From positions 24,180,001 through 24,244,000 of the forward strand of contig OX597842.1 in assembly GCA_951406725.2 (NCBI GenBank): 64,000 bases of DNA, written 5' to 3'. The notes under the pieces are model-generated. The model did not search any database. It was not told the DNA's origin and saw only the letters and a list, made by a program, of their open reading frames with translations. The first letter of the stretch is position 1; each line of letters begins with the position of its first letter. Of this stretch, positions 24,484-38,014 are shown in pieces. This stretch comes from Octopus vulgaris (lineage: Eukaryota). A program made the position numbers and the translations under genes.

Positions 24484-25511
24484 TATTTCTTTACTACCCA
24501 CAAGGGGCTAAACACAGAGAGGACAAACAAGGACAGACAAACGGATTAAGTCGATTACATCGACTCCAGTGCGCAACTGGAACTTAATTTATCGACCCCA
24601 AAAGGATGAAAGGCAAAGTCGACCTCGGCAGAATTTGAACTCGTCTGGCACCTGTGTCGGTGGCACATAAAAAAAAAACACCATCCAAGCGTGGCCATTC
24701 GCCAGCCTCGTCTGGCACCTGTGTCGGTGGCACATAAAAAAAAAACACCATCCAAGCGTGGCCATTCGCCAGCCTCGTCTGGAACCTGTGTCGGTGGCAC
24801 ATAAAAAAAAACACCATCCAAGCGTGGCCGTTCGCCAGCCTCGTCTGGCACCTGTGTCTGTGGCACATAAAAAAAAAACACCATCCTAGCGTGGCCGTTC
24901 GCCAGCCTCGTCTGGAACCTGTGTCGGTGGCACATAAAAAAAAAACACCATCCAAGCGTGGCCGTTTGCCAGCCTCGTCTGGCACCTGTGTCGGTGGCAC
25001 ATAAAAAACACCATCCGAGCATGGCCGTCTGGCACCTGTGTCGGTGGCACATGAAAAACACCATCCAAGCATGGCCGTCTGCCACCTGTGTCGGTGGCAC
25101 ATAAAAAACACCATCCGAGCATGGCCGTCTGGCACCTGTGTCGGTGGCACATGAAAAACACCATCCAAGCATGGCCGTCTGCCACCTGTGTCGGTGGCAC
25201 ATAAAAAACACCATCCGAGCGTGGCCGTTCGCCAGCCTCGTCTGGCACCTGTGTCGGTGGCACATAAAATCACCCACTACACTCTCGGAGTGGTTGGCGT
25301 TAGGAAGGGCATCCAGCTGTAGAAACACTGCCAGATCAGACTGGGCCTGGTGCAGCCTTCGGGCTCCCCAGACCCCAGTTGAACCGTCCAACCCATGCTA
25401 GCATGGAAAGCGGACGTTAAACGATTATGATGATGATGATGATGAAAGTAACAGCAGACGAAATACCGCTAAGCATTTTGCCCAGCGTGCTAACATTTCT
25501 GCCAGCTCGCC
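24484..25511. mobile_element. SINE B (-) split by a SINE C (+) carrying a minisatellite
   Basis: B halves 24484-24642 and 25445-25511; C insert contains ~11 repeats of 50-63 bp (24645-25270). Confidence 0.8.
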
Positions 25512-25944
25512 TTCTCTGAGCATTTCCGTTGAGTGTCCTTTTAGAAGCAAACATCATTAAACTTTACTGCTGGATTCCAAAGCATAACCAAGTTGAGATT
25601 TTGGATATTAATCAACCATCTTACTCATAGTCCACCTCAAGGTCTCCTGCCAGTCAAGTCTGCTTTAAGAATTGGTCTTCTAATCTTTCATGGTATCATT
25701 CTAACCACATTTCCAACATAAATACCTGCTTGGTGCCTGGCATGAATTTTAAGTCCACAATTTTTGCTTTCTGTTTTTTAATTCTCTGAGCATTTCCGTT
25801 GAATGTATATATAAAATAAAATGCTCATGGAAGGGAGTACAATATCTTCAGCATATTTGAGATGATTTAGCATGCATCCTTTTATATTTATTTCTTTATT
25901 TGACCAATAAAAGCTGTTTAAAAAATTTTGTATACAGATGTGAG

Positions 25945-26280
25945 AATCAAATCAAAATCGCAATCGATCAACATCAATGGAATTTGTAGCTGTGATACCA
26001 AGGCCGGTGGCACATAAGAGAACCATCCGAACGGGGCCGTAGCCAGCGGCGTCCTGACTGGCCTCCGTGCCGGTGGCACGTAAAAAGCACCATCCGATCG
26101 TGGCTGTTGCCAGCTTCGTCTGAAAGCACCCATGGAGTGGTTGGCGTTAGGAAGGGCATCCAGCTGTAGAAACACTACCAGATCAGACTGGGCCTGGTGC
26201 AGCCTTCGGGCTTCCCATACCCCAGTTAAACCATCCAACACATGCTAGCATGGAAAGCGAACGTTAAACGATGATGATGT
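25945..26280 (+). mobile_element. SINE family C
   Basis: Core plus (GAT)n. Confidence 0.8.
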
Positions 26281-26420
26281 GAATAACTTAAGTGACATGG
26301 TGTCCCCTGGTCTGACTCCTTTACCAATTTTGATGTGGCCTTTTATAATTCTATAGTCAGTGTACACATTCTCTAATAAAAGCTGCTCTCTAAAATGATT
26401 CAGTAGAAAATAAGCATGGG
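26281..26420 (-). mobile_element. RTE/BovB-like RT fragment
   Basis: IKIGKGVRPGDTMSLKLF resembles GVRQGDTISPKLF. Confidence 0.5.
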
Positions 26421-26984
26421 GTGAGTTGAAATGTGCTTGCATCATAGGTGGAGTGGGACATTATGTTTTTGAAAAGTATTTTCCACTGGTAGTAGCACAA
26501 AGACTGCAGATCCTGGGAAAGCCTAACTTTGTCCAGCAGAGAACAACTGATACATTGGTGTCAAAATAATATATCCACAAGAAAACAGAGCAAATTAATA
26601 TAATCAATATTGTTAGAATAAAAAACACAAATCGTAATTAGTGAATTGATGCAAATGAAGAAAATGTGAAAAATGAATTTATTTTGTAAAAAGTAATACA
26701 TTTGCTGTATTTTATTCAGCAGGACATCTGTTTTATCATTGATATTGTTATTGATCAATATGAATAAGTATATGTTTAGTTAAGGTAGATTATTGAGAGA
26801 ATGACTTAGCACAGATTACACAGTCATCAGAATCTTCTCCTGTATGAATATGTTTGTGTTTAGTTTATTATTTCTCTCTATGAAAGAATGACTTGTCACA
26901 GATGTCACAGTGATATGATTTCTCTCCTGTATGAATGTATTTGTGATGAGTTCAATATTGTTCCACAGAGAATGATTTACCTCA

Positions 26985-27092
<108 letters not shown>

Positions 27093-27283
27093 TTAGGAAA
27101 CGTTTATGAGTATATATGGCACGTTCCTGGGAAAATGATTTGCCACAGAGAGCTCAGCAATATAGTTTCTCTCTGATATAAGTGGACTTGTGATTAGCTA
27201 TATATGTTTCTACATAGAATGACTTACTGCAGATATCATAGTGCTATAGTTATTCTCCTGTATGAATGTATTTGTCTATTCAA

Positions 27284-27726
27284 CCCTTTCATTACCAACC
27301 CAGCTGAAACCACCTCTGGCTCTGAGTACAAATGTATTGTTTTCATAAGTAATCTTCCACCAAACCTTAGTCACAATTTATGTTGTTTTAAGTTATTTTA
27401 CTAAATTGTTTGTTATATTTAAAATCAATTGAAAGAAACACAGAGCATCTCAACAGAAATACGCTAGCCAAAGGGTTAAAATATATAGTATAGAAACAAA
27501 TCTTAACCCTTTCATTACTAACCCTGCTGAAACCACCTCTGGCTCTGTGGTAAAATGTCTTTTTTTCATATGTTTTGAATTAAAATCTTCCACCAAACCT
27601 TAGTCACAATTTATGTTCCTAACACTAGCTGAATGATAACTAAGTTATTTTGCTAAATTGTTTGTTATATTTAAAATAATTGAAAGAAACACAGAGCATC
27701 TGAACAGAAATATGGTAACAAAAGGG
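27284..27726. mobile_element. Two piggyBac-like MITEs (27284-27475, 27507-27726)
   Basis: TTAA-CCCTTT ... AAAGGG-TTAA termini (first left TSD mutated). Confidence 0.75.
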
Positions 27727-27784
27727 TTAAGTAAATCTTTTGAGAGAATGGTTTACCAGAGATATCACAGTGATATGGTTTGTA

Positions 27785-29497
27785 TTATGTATGAATCAGT
27801 TTGTGATCAGTTAAATATTTTCTTCCACAGAATGATTTACCACAGATATCACAAGAATATGCTTTCTCTCCTGCATGATTGGATTTATGAGAGTTTAAAT
27901 TGTCACGAGAAGAAAATGATTTTCCACAAAAATCGCAGGCATATGGCTTCTCTCCTGTATGAGTGCGTCTGTGCACAGATAAATTGCTTTTTTGAGAGAA
28001 TGCCATACCACAGATATTACAGTGATATGGTTTCTCACCTGTGTGAATGTATTTATGGGAAGTTAAAGAGCTTGAACAGGAGAATGATTTACCACAGATA
28101 TCACACTGATATGGTTTCTCTCCTGTATGAGTGTATTTATGATAAGTAACATGACATTTTTGAAAGAATGATTTACCACAGATATCACACTGATATGGCT
28201 TCTCTCCAGTATGACTGGATTTGTGGTAAGTAAGGCCACATTTTTGAGAGAATGATCTACCACAGATATGACACTGATATGCTTTCTCTCCCGTATGAAT
28301 AGATTTGTGAGAAGTAAGGCTACTTTTTTGAGAGAATGATTTTCCACAAGTATCACAGTGAAATGGTTTCTCATGAGTATGAGAAAGTTTGTGAGTAGTT
28401 AAATAACTTCTTTGTGAAAAAGATTTATCACAGATATCACAGTGATATGGTTTTTCTTCTGTATGAATGAATTTGTGAGAAGAAAGGTTACATTTTTGAG
28501 AGAAGGATTTACCACAAATATCACACTGATATGGTTTCTCTCCTGTATGAATGTATTTATGAGAAGTAAGGTGACATTTCTGAGAGAAGGATTTGCCACA
28601 AATATCACACTGATATGGTTTCTCTCCTGTATGAATGTATTTATGAGAAGTAAGGTGACTTTTTTGAGAGAAGGATTTACCACAAACATCACATTGATAT
28701 GCTATCTCTCCAGTATGAATGGATTTGTGATGAGTGAGGCCACTCTTTTGAGAGAATGATTCACCACAAATATTGCATAGATATGGCTTCTCATTGGTAT
28801 GAGTGAGTTTGTGAGTAGTTACATAACTCTTTTGTGAAAAGGATTTACCACAAATATCACAGTGATATGGTTTCTCTCCTGTGTGAATGGATTTGTGAGA
28901 AGTAAGACTAATCTTCTGAGAGAATGCCATTCCACATATATCACAAGAATATGGTTTCTCTCCTGTATGAATGTATTTGTGAGAATTTAGGTGACCTTTT
29001 TGAGAGAATGATTTACCACAAATATCACACTGATGTGGCTTCTCACGAGCATGAATATGTTTGTGAATGGTTAAATAACGTCTTAGTGGAAAAGATTTAA
29101 CACAAATATCACATTTATATGGTTTCTCTCCTGTATGAAGGTATTTGTGAGAATTAAGGCTACTTTTCTGAGAGAAAGATTTACCACAAATATCGCAGTG
29201 ATATGGCTTTTCATGAGTATGTGTAAGTTTGTGAGAAATTAAATAACGTTTTAGTGAGAAGGATTTATCACAGTTTTCGCAGTGATATGGTTTCTCTCCT
29301 GTATGAACATATTTGTGAAAAGTAAGGCTACTCTTATGAGTGAATGATTTACCACAAATATCACAGTAATATTGCTTTCCACCTGGATCAGTACATTTGT
29401 GAACAGTGAGGCTTGCTGTATTAGAAAAAGTCCTTTTACAAATATCACATTTGTATGATAATTTTTCTCTTTTTTTTACCGTCTCCTGAGAATTCAT
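27785..29497 (-). CDS. C2H2 zinc-finger protein 3 (570 aa, ~20 fingers)
   Basis: ATG at 29497 homologous to the paralog starts; predicted intron 29851-30762. Confidence 0.92.
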   Translation of the reverse strand: MNSQETVKKREKLSYKCDICKRTFSNTASLTVHKCTDPGGKQYYCDICGKSFTHKSSLTFHKYVHTGEKPYHCENCDKSFSLKRYLISHKLTHTHEKPYHCDICGKSFSQKSSLNSHKYLHTGEKPYKCDICVKSFPLRRYLTIHKHIHAREKPHQCDICGKSFSQKGHLNSHKYIHTGEKPYSCDICGMAFSQKISLTSHKSIHTGEKPYHCDICGKSFSQKSYVTTHKLTHTNEKPYLCNICGESFSQKSGLTHHKSIHTGEIAYQCDVCGKSFSQKSHLTSHKYIHTGEKPYQCDICGKSFSQKCHLTSHKYIHTGEKPYQCDICGKSFSQKCNLSSHKFIHTEEKPYHCDICDKSFSQRSYLTTHKLSHTHEKPFHCDTCGKSFSQKSSLTSHKSIHTGEKAYQCHICGRSFSQKCGLTYHKSSHTGEKPYQCDICGKSFFQKCHVTYHKYTHTGEKPYQCDICGKSFSCSSSLTSHKYIHTGEKPYHCNICGMAFSQKSNLSVHRRTHTGEKPYACDFCGKSFSSRDNLNSHKSNHAGEKAYSCDICGKSFCGRKYLTDHKLIHT

Positions 29498-29919
29498 TAT
29501 TGTTCTGTTGTATAGAAACACAAAATATATTTTTGCTTTGTTTCTTGTATATTTGTTTCTTATTTCATATACAACTACTGCTATATTTACAGATCTGATC
29601 TTGAATATCTGAAGATGATACAAACACCTTAGCAAATTTTTCCAAGTTCAAACAGAATGCGATGTACTTTTGTAAATATTCCTGACAATGAGGAAAACAA
29701 ATGCTGCTGTTAATTCAGAATAAATATTTCACAGTCATTCACTGGGTTATATTTATTATTTAAAGCATCTTCCATTTGTCTTCAAACGTTGATCAATATT
29801 CACGATGTATCTGACGTAAAAACAGTTTTATACGACTAACATCACATATTCTGAAATGATACAGAAACATAACATATAACAAATTTTTAAAAAGCAGAGA
29901 TTCAACGATAAAAAAATAT

Positions 29920-30132
29920 TATTCTCTACTCTAGGCACAAGGCCCGAAATTTTGAGTGAAGGGACCAGTCAATTAGATCGACCCCAGTACGTAACTGGTA
30001 TTTAATTTATCGACCCTGAAAGGATGAATGCCAAAGTCGACCCCTGCGGAATTTGACCTCAGAACGTAAAAACAGACGAAATATCGCTAAGCATTTCGTC
30101 CGGCATACTAACGTTTCTGCCAGCTCACCGCG
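29920..30132 (-). mobile_element. SINE family B with alternative 3' tail
   Basis: B head and core, but ends ...AAATTTCGGGCCTTGTGCCTAGAGTAGAGAATAA. Confidence 0.75.
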
Positions 30133-30762
30133 TTACTATACATTAAAAAAATTACATTTTCATAATGATAAACTGTGGATATAAACCTTAACCTGTAAGA
30201 TTAGTCTTTAAAATTTATTTTGTCATTCAAATTATATTCTCATGCACAAACTTCGACTAGTCCACTTTCAGATATTATTTAACTTGCTAAACTACAGAAT
30301 ACGCGAATCACAAATACGTTTTTGGAATTTAAATTATTCGTTTCTTTTCTAGTTTATGCCATTCAACGATTCTGTCTGCTAATAGCTAAATGACAGCTAA
30401 TCTTATCATAGCGGAATCACTGGCTCATGTTGCAGTCAGCTATTTGAATTTTGACAGAATAAACAGCAAATACAAATGTTTAGCATATGATGCCATTATA
30501 ATAAAACAATAGAGGCTTTGAATGAACAGATTCAGCAAATGGAATATCTAATATTATTAAAGGAATTAAAAATTTGGTGGTTTTTCATGGCCATCCCAAG
30601 TAAAATCCAGATTTTCTTGGCATAATTAAAGAAGTTTACCAGGCAAAAGAATTAATATCGATGTCAGACGAAGAACATTCGAAACTTTGACTATTGTCTG
30701 CAGCTTCGAATAAGCCAAGTTCATTTGCTTTTACGCAAAATAAAATATGTATCACATCTTAC

Positions 30763-30880
30763 CTCTTATGATAAATAAATCAGGGTCGAATAACACAAAA
30801 ACGTCGTCTCGCGGGAATATAAGCACACTTTAAAAAAACTGACACGGAACGTCAACGAAACGAACTAAAACTCCGGGCTT
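30763..30880 (-). promoter_or_regulatory. Exon 1/promoter of ZNF3
   Basis: Donor GAG|GTAAG at 30763/30762; motif at 30841; TTAGTT Inr-like. Confidence 0.6.
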
Positions 30881-31354
30881 TGTAGACCTCGTATTGATAC
30901 ACAGTGGTTGAATGCTAAAACTAAAGTGGTAAATTTTTTATTACTATTTTGAAAATGTGAATTGTAATAAAACCAAATTTAAATTATAGCAAGAGATACA
31001 AAAGTAGAAGATGACTGCTTATTTTCATGTCGATTGCTACTTTTACGCTATTCTGTTACCGAACCCGTAAGTTACAGGGACGGAAAGAAACCATCACAGC
31101 TTTTCAGTAAGTGATGGTAGGAAAGAAACGGGCGGACACATGTGTGTTTCTCTCATCGGTATTCGAAAACCATTGTTGGTTTGTTTACATCCCTGTATCT
31201 TCGTTGTGCAGCGAATGAGTCCAATAGTATAACTATCAAATTTAAATATGTTCTGCTGTTGCTTTGTTGACGAAACCTTAGGCGATACATAGATAAATAC
31301 ACTCACAAAAAGGGGTACTGGTGGAATGGCCCCATGAAAACTTCGATAAAATGT

Positions 31355-31680
31355 AAGCACAACAGACCTGGTATAATAATTTAGGATAGAGAAAAGAAAC
31401 TGTGTACAATTGTGGAAATTAGCTGCCCAGTGAAAAAAAGAACACCTATGCTAAACTATTGAGAAATCTGCAGTTACTCTATCCAGATTACAAGTTCAGG
31501 TTCATACCTGTAATTATTGGGACCTTGGGATATGTAACATACTGCCTGTATAGCAATCTTGAGAAATTAAGCTTCTTAAAACCAGAAAAGAGAAAGATAA
31601 TTGGAAGACTACAGATCCAATCCATCACTGGAACTGTAAAAATCTGTCAAACCTTTCAGAAGTTTATCATTTAAATATAT
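31355..31680 (+). mobile_element. RLE-endonuclease (R2/NeSL/R4-group) non-LTR 3' fragment
   Basis: NRPD-like motif...CTIVEISCP...KNTYAKL...FIPVIIGTLG, a PD-(D/E)xK pattern. Confidence 0.65.
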
Positions 31681-31693
31681 GTGAGCATGTCTA

Positions 31694-32081
31694 TTATGGA
31701 AGCACTCCGTCGGTTACGACGACAAGGGTTCCGGTTGATCCGAATCAACGGAACAGCCTGCTCGTGAAATTAACGTGTAAGTGGCTGAGCACTCCACAGA
31801 CACGTGTACCCTTGACGTAGTTCTCGGGGATATTCAGCGTGACACAGAGAGTGACAAGGCCGGCCCTTTGAAATACAGGTACAACAGAAACAGGAAGTAA
31901 GAGTGAGAGAAAGTTGTGGTGAAAGAGTACAGCAGGGATCACCACCATCCCCTGCCGGAGCTGCGTGGAGCTTTAGGTGTTTTCGCTCAATAAACACTCA
32001 CAACTCCCGGTCTGGGAATCGAAACCGCGATCCTATGACCGCGAGTCCGCTGCCCTAACCACTGGGCCATTGCGCCTCCAC
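31694..32081 (-). mobile_element. Full-length tRNA(Arg-like)-derived SINE, family D
   Basis: TGGCCCAGTGG A box, GGTTTCGATTCCC B box; 12-bp TSD TGAGCATGTCTA. Confidence 0.9.
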
Positions 32082-32164
32082 TGAGCATGTCTAGATATGC
32101 AAATATATGCATGAGAATAGATACATAAAGCAAATCATACAAATCTGCCCATATAAATATACTC

Positions 32165-32546
32165 GGATCTTTTCAGTTTGAACGGCAATTTTTCCTAGCG
32201 GTGTCATGTGAAATTGTCACCCATAATTATGACCTTAGAATCGATCTATTTTAGGGTTAGGGTATCTTTTTTCTTCAGAAATGTAAATAAACCCAATCTG
32301 TTTCTTAAACGAGGGAAATTATTCATGCGGCACAGAAAGTTTTCACCTCAATAGACGTCACTGACTGGTTGAAATTGCAGAAATTGAAGAAAAAAAACAA
32401 CAAATATCTTACAAACTATAGAATTTTCTCAATAAAGTCAAGAGAAAAAGATGTTTTATAAACACATTCTACCAGTATGCGAAGTTTAAAAGTGTTTAGT
32501 TACCTAGAAATTATGTTAAAAACTGCAGTTCAAACGGAAAAGATCT
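32165..32546. mobile_element. GGATCTTTTC-family MITE
   Basis: TIRs GGATCTTTTCAGTTTGAAC / GTTCAAACGGAAAAGATCT; internal TTAGGGTTAGGG. Confidence 0.75.
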
Positions 32547-32549
32547 AGT

Positions 32550-32965
32550 GGCGAAAATGAACTTACCTCATTTTTGGACTTCTTTGAATAATTGTTGTTG
32601 TTGCTGCCATTGTCGTTGATTTTGCAACAGTTTTAAAGAAGCTAATTAGTCTTCCATGATTTAACAATTTTGTATCACAAAAATTCGTTAACTGACCTGC
32701 AAGAGCTTCGAAACCCTCATCGCCAGATGTTGTAACATAATTGTTCCGTACAATAAATAAGATAACCAGAAAATTGTAACAACAATCTAATGAACTAACA
32801 AATCTTTTAAGAACCAACATTCAATATTCCTTAGGAAGTAAACCAAGCGACACCTTCCGACTTCACTTCACTCTGAACCGCAAACTCACTCAGATCGTTA
32901 CTATTTATACTTTACTCGGACCAGTCTATCTCTCACAAGGGGACATGGCAACTCTCATCACAACA
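32550..32965 (-). mobile_element. Gypsy LTR (32728-32965) with PBS, truncated
   Basis: 238-bp TGTTGT...ACAACA followed by TCTGGCGATGAG; copy of 43681 and 56084. Confidence 0.75.
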
Positions 32966-33914
32966 GGTGCCATTCTAATCAGATGCCCATCATAAATCCC
33001 TGCTTGGTGTCTGGTAAGAACAAGACCATGAAAACCTGCTCTACAGAATGATTTAGCAAAAAATAAGTATGATGATAATCCCTTGCATGGGTTGAGCGGG
33101 GATGTGCTTGAACCATAGGTAGAGTGGGGCATTAGGCTTTTGAAAAATATTTCCCACTCTACACCCAAAACCGTGACAAACAGCAATAAGCCTCCAGCTA
33201 GTGCCAGAATATGTGGGCAGTAGCACAAAGGGTGCAGATCCTGGGATCCCTGAGTGTGTCCAGCAGAGGATAACTGATCATGGCTGGGAACTGGAGTGTA
33301 ATACATTTGTGTCAAAATAATATATCCTCAAGAAAACAGAGCAAATTAATATAATCAATATTGTTTGAATAAAAAACACAAATCGTAATTAGTGAGTTGA
33401 TGCAAATGAGGAAAATGTGAAAAATGAATTTATTTTGTAAAAAGTAATACATTTGCAGTATTTTATTCAGCAGGACATCTGTTTTATCATTGATATTGTT
33501 ATTGATCAATATGAATAAGTATATGTTTAGTTAAGGTAGATTATTGAGAGAATGATTTAGCACAGATTACACAGTCATAAGAATCTTCTCCTGTATGAAT
33601 ATGTTTGTGTTTAGTTTATTATTTCTCTCTATGAAAGAATGACTTGTCCCAGATGTCACAGTGATATGATTTCTCTCCTGTATGAATGTATTTGTGATGA
33701 GTTCAATATTGTTCCACAGAGAATGATTTACCTCAGGTATCACAGCAATCGAGTTTCTCTCCTGTATGAATACGTTTATAAGTATATACAGCATATCCTG
33801 AGAGAATGATTTACTGCAGACATCACAGTCACATAGTTTCTCTCCAGTTTGAGCAGACTTGTAATTAATTAAACATTTTCTTAAACGGAATGATTTACTG
33901 CAGATACTACAGTG

Positions 33915-35219
33915 CTATGGTTTGTCCCCTGTATTAATGCATTTGTGTCCATTTAAGTACCTCTTCTGAGAGAATAATTTACCACAGATATCGCATCGAT
34001 ATGGTTTCTCACCTGTATGAACTGATTTGTGAGAAGAAAGGTGACTTTTTTGAGAGAATGATTTACCACAAATATCACAGTGATGTGGTTTCTCTCCTGT
34101 ATGAATGTGTTTGTGAAGATCAAGGCTACTCATATGAGAGAATGATTTACCGCAAATACGACATTGATATGGTTTCTCTCCTGTATGAGTGTATTTGTGT
34201 TTAGTAAGGGTATATTTTTTAGAGAATGATTTACCACAGATATCACACTGATATGGTTTCTCTCCAGTATGAACGAATTTGTGATAAGACAGGGCAGTCC
34301 TTTGAGAGAATGATTTACCACAGATATCACACTGATATGGTTTCTCTCCAGTATGAGTGTATTTGTGATGAGTAAGGTGACTTTTTTGAGAGAATGATTT
34401 ACCACAAATATTGCAGTGAAATGGTTTCTCCTCTTTATGAAGCGATTTGTGATAAGCAAGGCCACTGTTATGATAAAATGATCGACCACAGATATCGCAC
34501 TGATATGGTTTCTCTCCTGTATGAATAGGTTTATGAGTAGTAAGGCTACTTTTTAGAGAGAATGATTTTCCACAAATATCACATTTATATGGTTTCTCTC
34601 CTGTATGAATGTTATTGTGAGAAGTAAGGCCTCTCCTTTCAGAGAATGATTTACCACAAATATCACATTTATATGGTTTCTCTCCAATATGAATGGATTT
34701 GTGAGTAGTTAAATTACTTTTTAATGAAAAGGATTTATCACAGATATCACAGTGATGTGGTTTCTCTCCTGTATGAATGGATATGTGAGAATCAAGGTAA
34801 CTTCTTTGAGAGAATGATTTACCGCAAATACGACATTGATTTGGTTTCTCTCCTGTATGAATGGATTTGTGTTTAGTTAGGTTATATTTTTTAGAGAATG
34901 ATTTACCACAGATATCACAGTGATATGGTTTCTCTCCAGTATGAACGACTATGTGATAAGAAAGGGCAGTCCTTTGAGAGAATGATTTACCACAGATATC
35001 ACAGTGATATGGTTTCTCTCCAGTATGAGTGTATTTGTGATGAGTAAGGTGACTTTTTTGAGAGAATGATTTACCACAGATATCACAATGATATTGTTTC
35101 CCCCCTGCATGAATGAATTTGTGAACAGTGAGATTTCCCTTATTAGAAAAAGTCTTTTTACAGATATCACATTGGTCTGATAACTTTTCTCTTTCTTTTA
35201 ACATCTCCAGACTACTCAT
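33915..35219 (-). CDS. C2H2 zinc-finger protein 4 (434 aa, 15 finger units)
   Basis: Intact ORF; predicted intron 35556-36139. Confidence 0.92.
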   Translation of the reverse strand: MSSLEMLKEREKLSDQCDICKKTFSNKGNLTVHKFIHAGGKQYHCDICGKSFSQKSHLTHHKYTHTGEKPYHCDICGKSFSQRTALSYHIVVHTGEKPYHCDICGKSFSKKYNLTKHKSIHTGEKPNQCRICGKSFSQRSYLDSHISIHTGEKPHHCDICDKSFSLKSNLTTHKSIHIGEKPYKCDICGKSFSERRGLTSHNNIHTGEKPYKCDICGKSFSLKSSLTTHKPIHTGEKPYQCDICGRSFYHNSGLAYHKSLHKEEKPFHCNICGKSFSQKSHLTHHKYTHTGEKPYQCDICGKSFSQRTALSYHKFVHTGEKPYQCDICGKSFSKKYTLTKHKYTHTGEKPYQCRICGKSFSHMSSLDLHKHIHTGEKPHHCDICGKSFSQKSHLSSHKSVHTGEKPYRCDICGKLFSQKRYLNGHKCINTGDKP

Positions 35220-36139
35220 TATTGTTCTGTAGTATACAGACAGAAAATATATTTTCCCCTTCTTCTTTATATATATCTTCTACAGCAAATCTGATCTTGA
35301 ATATCTGAAAATGATACAAACACCTTTCCAGATTTTCTCACATTCAAACTGAATATGCAATACTTTTGTAAATATTCCTGGCAATGAGGAAAACAAATGT
35401 TGCTATCAATTCAGAAGAAATATTTCACCGTTATTCACCATAGATATATTATATAAACAGAGTTATTATCTATTATTTATAACGGCTGACATTCGTTTTC
35501 AAAACATGATCAATATTCATGATGTATCTCACGTAAAACTCCTTTATACGAGTATCTGAAATGACACAGAAACAGTAGAAGATATAGGAAAGACTTAAAA
35601 AGCAAAGGTTTAACAATAAAAATTATAACTACATTTTCATAATGATAAACTGTGCATATAAGCTGTTGCCCGAAGAAATTACACTTTAAAATGATACTCA
35701 TGACACAAGACATTACTTTCGTCTATAATGACCTGAGTCATAAATCTAATACTTTCTCTAATTTAGTTTCAATGCACCCAAACAAACAAAAGGAAAAGCA
35801 GTGTAAATAACGGACAGAGTCAAAACTATTGAAAAGGTTGCAAGACGCAAAGAAAATTTTAGGAAAAAAGGAAATAAGTAAGAAATAAGAAATAACTGCA
35901 AAATTTTACCGATGAGTGTGTTAAATTATAAGACACAAAAAGAAAATGACTCTCCGCGACTCAACAGAATATGCTTCAATACACGAATTCATATAAAGAA
36001 TCTTGCAAACCAAATCCAAAAACGAAAAAGAATATCGATGTCAGACTAGCAACATTGAATACTTTCATTATTGTCTGGAGTTTCGAATTTTCCAGGTTCT
36101 TCTGCTTTCACTAAAAATAAAATATGTACGATATATTAC

Positions 36140-36926
36140 CTGTTATGATAAATAAATCAGTGCTAAAAGTCAATTAACGCAAACCACACCAAAAAAGCCA
36201 TTCAGCCGGAAACGTAATTTAAAGAAAGCTCAAAAAATAGACATGGAATGTCGATGAAACGAACTGTATATCCGGATGTATATATATCGTAATACTATAG
36301 CACATACTTAAATACACAGAAACATGTGCGTATATGTGTGTTTCATTTAAATTCTGTATAATTAAATTGCGACCAGGCTGAAGTATCAGCTCGTAGGATT
36401 CATTTAACAAAGCAACACGAGAACATATTTTTAATTTGGTAGTTATACTGTTGCACAACGAAGATACAGGAATGTAAACAAAGCAACAATGGTTTTCGAA
36501 TACAGGTAGAAATAACACACACGAGTCTTCCTGTTTTCCCTCCGTCCCTCTTTGATAAGTCCTGTTGGTTTCTTTCCGTCCCTGTAATTTAAGGGTTCGG
36601 TAACAGGATAGTGGAAAAGTACCAATAGATATGAAAATAAGCAGTCAGTTTTGTATGTTTTGTCATCATTTGGATTTTTCCTCATAACTCACATTTTTGA
36701 AAAGTAATTATACCAATAAAAAACATTGAGAATTTACCAACTTAGTTTTAGCATCCGATAAATGTATATAGTATTACGATATATACAACATCCGGATATC
36801 AGTTCGTTTCGTCGACATTCCATGTCTATTTTTTTAGCTTTCTTTAAATTACGTTTCCCGCTGAATGGCTTTTTTGGTGTGGTTTGCGTTAATTGACTTT
36901 TAGCACTGATTTATTTATCATAACAG
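36140..36926. promoter_or_regulatory. Divergent promoters and first exons of ZNF4 (-) and ZNF5 (+)
   Basis: Mirror-image motifs at 36240-36278 and 36789-36826; Inr-like (T/A)CAGTT; donors at 36139 and 36927. Confidence 0.65.
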
Positions 36927-37036
36927 GTAAGATATCGTACATATTTTATTTTTAGTGAAAGCAGAAGAACCTGGAAAATTCGAAACTCCAGACAATAATG
37001 AAAGTATTCAATATTGCTAGTCTGACATCGATATTA

Positions 37037-37215
37037 ATTTCGTCCGCCGTTACGTTCTGGGTTCAAATTCCGCCGAGGTCGACTTTGCCTTTCATCCTTT
37101 CGGGGTCGATAAATTAAGTACCAGTTACACACTGGGGTCAATGTAATCGACTTAATCCGTTTGTCTGTCCTTGTTTGTCCCGTCCGTGTTTCGCCCCTTG
37201 TGGGTAATAAAGAAA
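37037..37215 (+). mobile_element. 5'-truncated SINE family B
   Basis: In the ZNF5 intron; absent from the mirrored ZNF4 intron. Confidence 0.85.
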
Positions 37216-38014
37216 CATATTAATTCTATTTGGTTTGCAAGGTTCTTTATATGAATTCGTGTATTGAAGCATATTCTGTTGTGTCTGTGGAGAGTCATTT
37301 TCTTTTTGTGCCTTATAATTTAGCACACTCATCGGTAAAATTTTGCAGTTATTTCTTACTTATTTACTTTTTTCCTAAAATTTCCGTTGCGTCTTGCAAC
37401 CTTTTCAATAGTTTTGACTCTGTCCGTTATTTACACTGCTTTTCCTTTTGTTTGTTTGGGTGCATCGAAACTAAACTAGAGAAAGTATTAGATTTATGAC
37501 TCAGGTCATAATAGACGAAAGTAATGTCTTGTGTCATGAGTATCATTTTAAAGTGTAATTTATTCGTGTAAAAGTTTATATCCACAGTTTATCATTATGA
37601 AAATGTAGTTATAATTTTTATTGTTAAACCTTTGCTTTTTAAGTCTTTCCTATATCTTCTGTTTCTGTGTCATTTCAGATACTCGTATAAAGGAGTTTTA
37701 CGTGAGATACATCATGAATATTGATCATGTTTTGAAAACGAATGTCAGCCGTTATAAATAATAGATAATAACTCTGTTTGTATAATATATCTCTGGTGAA
37801 TAACGGTGAAATATTTCTTCTGAATTAATAGCAACATTTGTTTTCCTCATTGCCAGGAATATTTACAAAAGTATTTTGCATTGTGTTTGAATGTGAGAAA
37901 ATCTGGAAAGGTGTTTGTATCATTTTCAGATATTCAAGATCAGATTTGCTGTAGAAGATATATATAAAGAAGAAGGGGAAAATATATTTTCTGTCTGTAT
38001 ACTACAGAACAATA

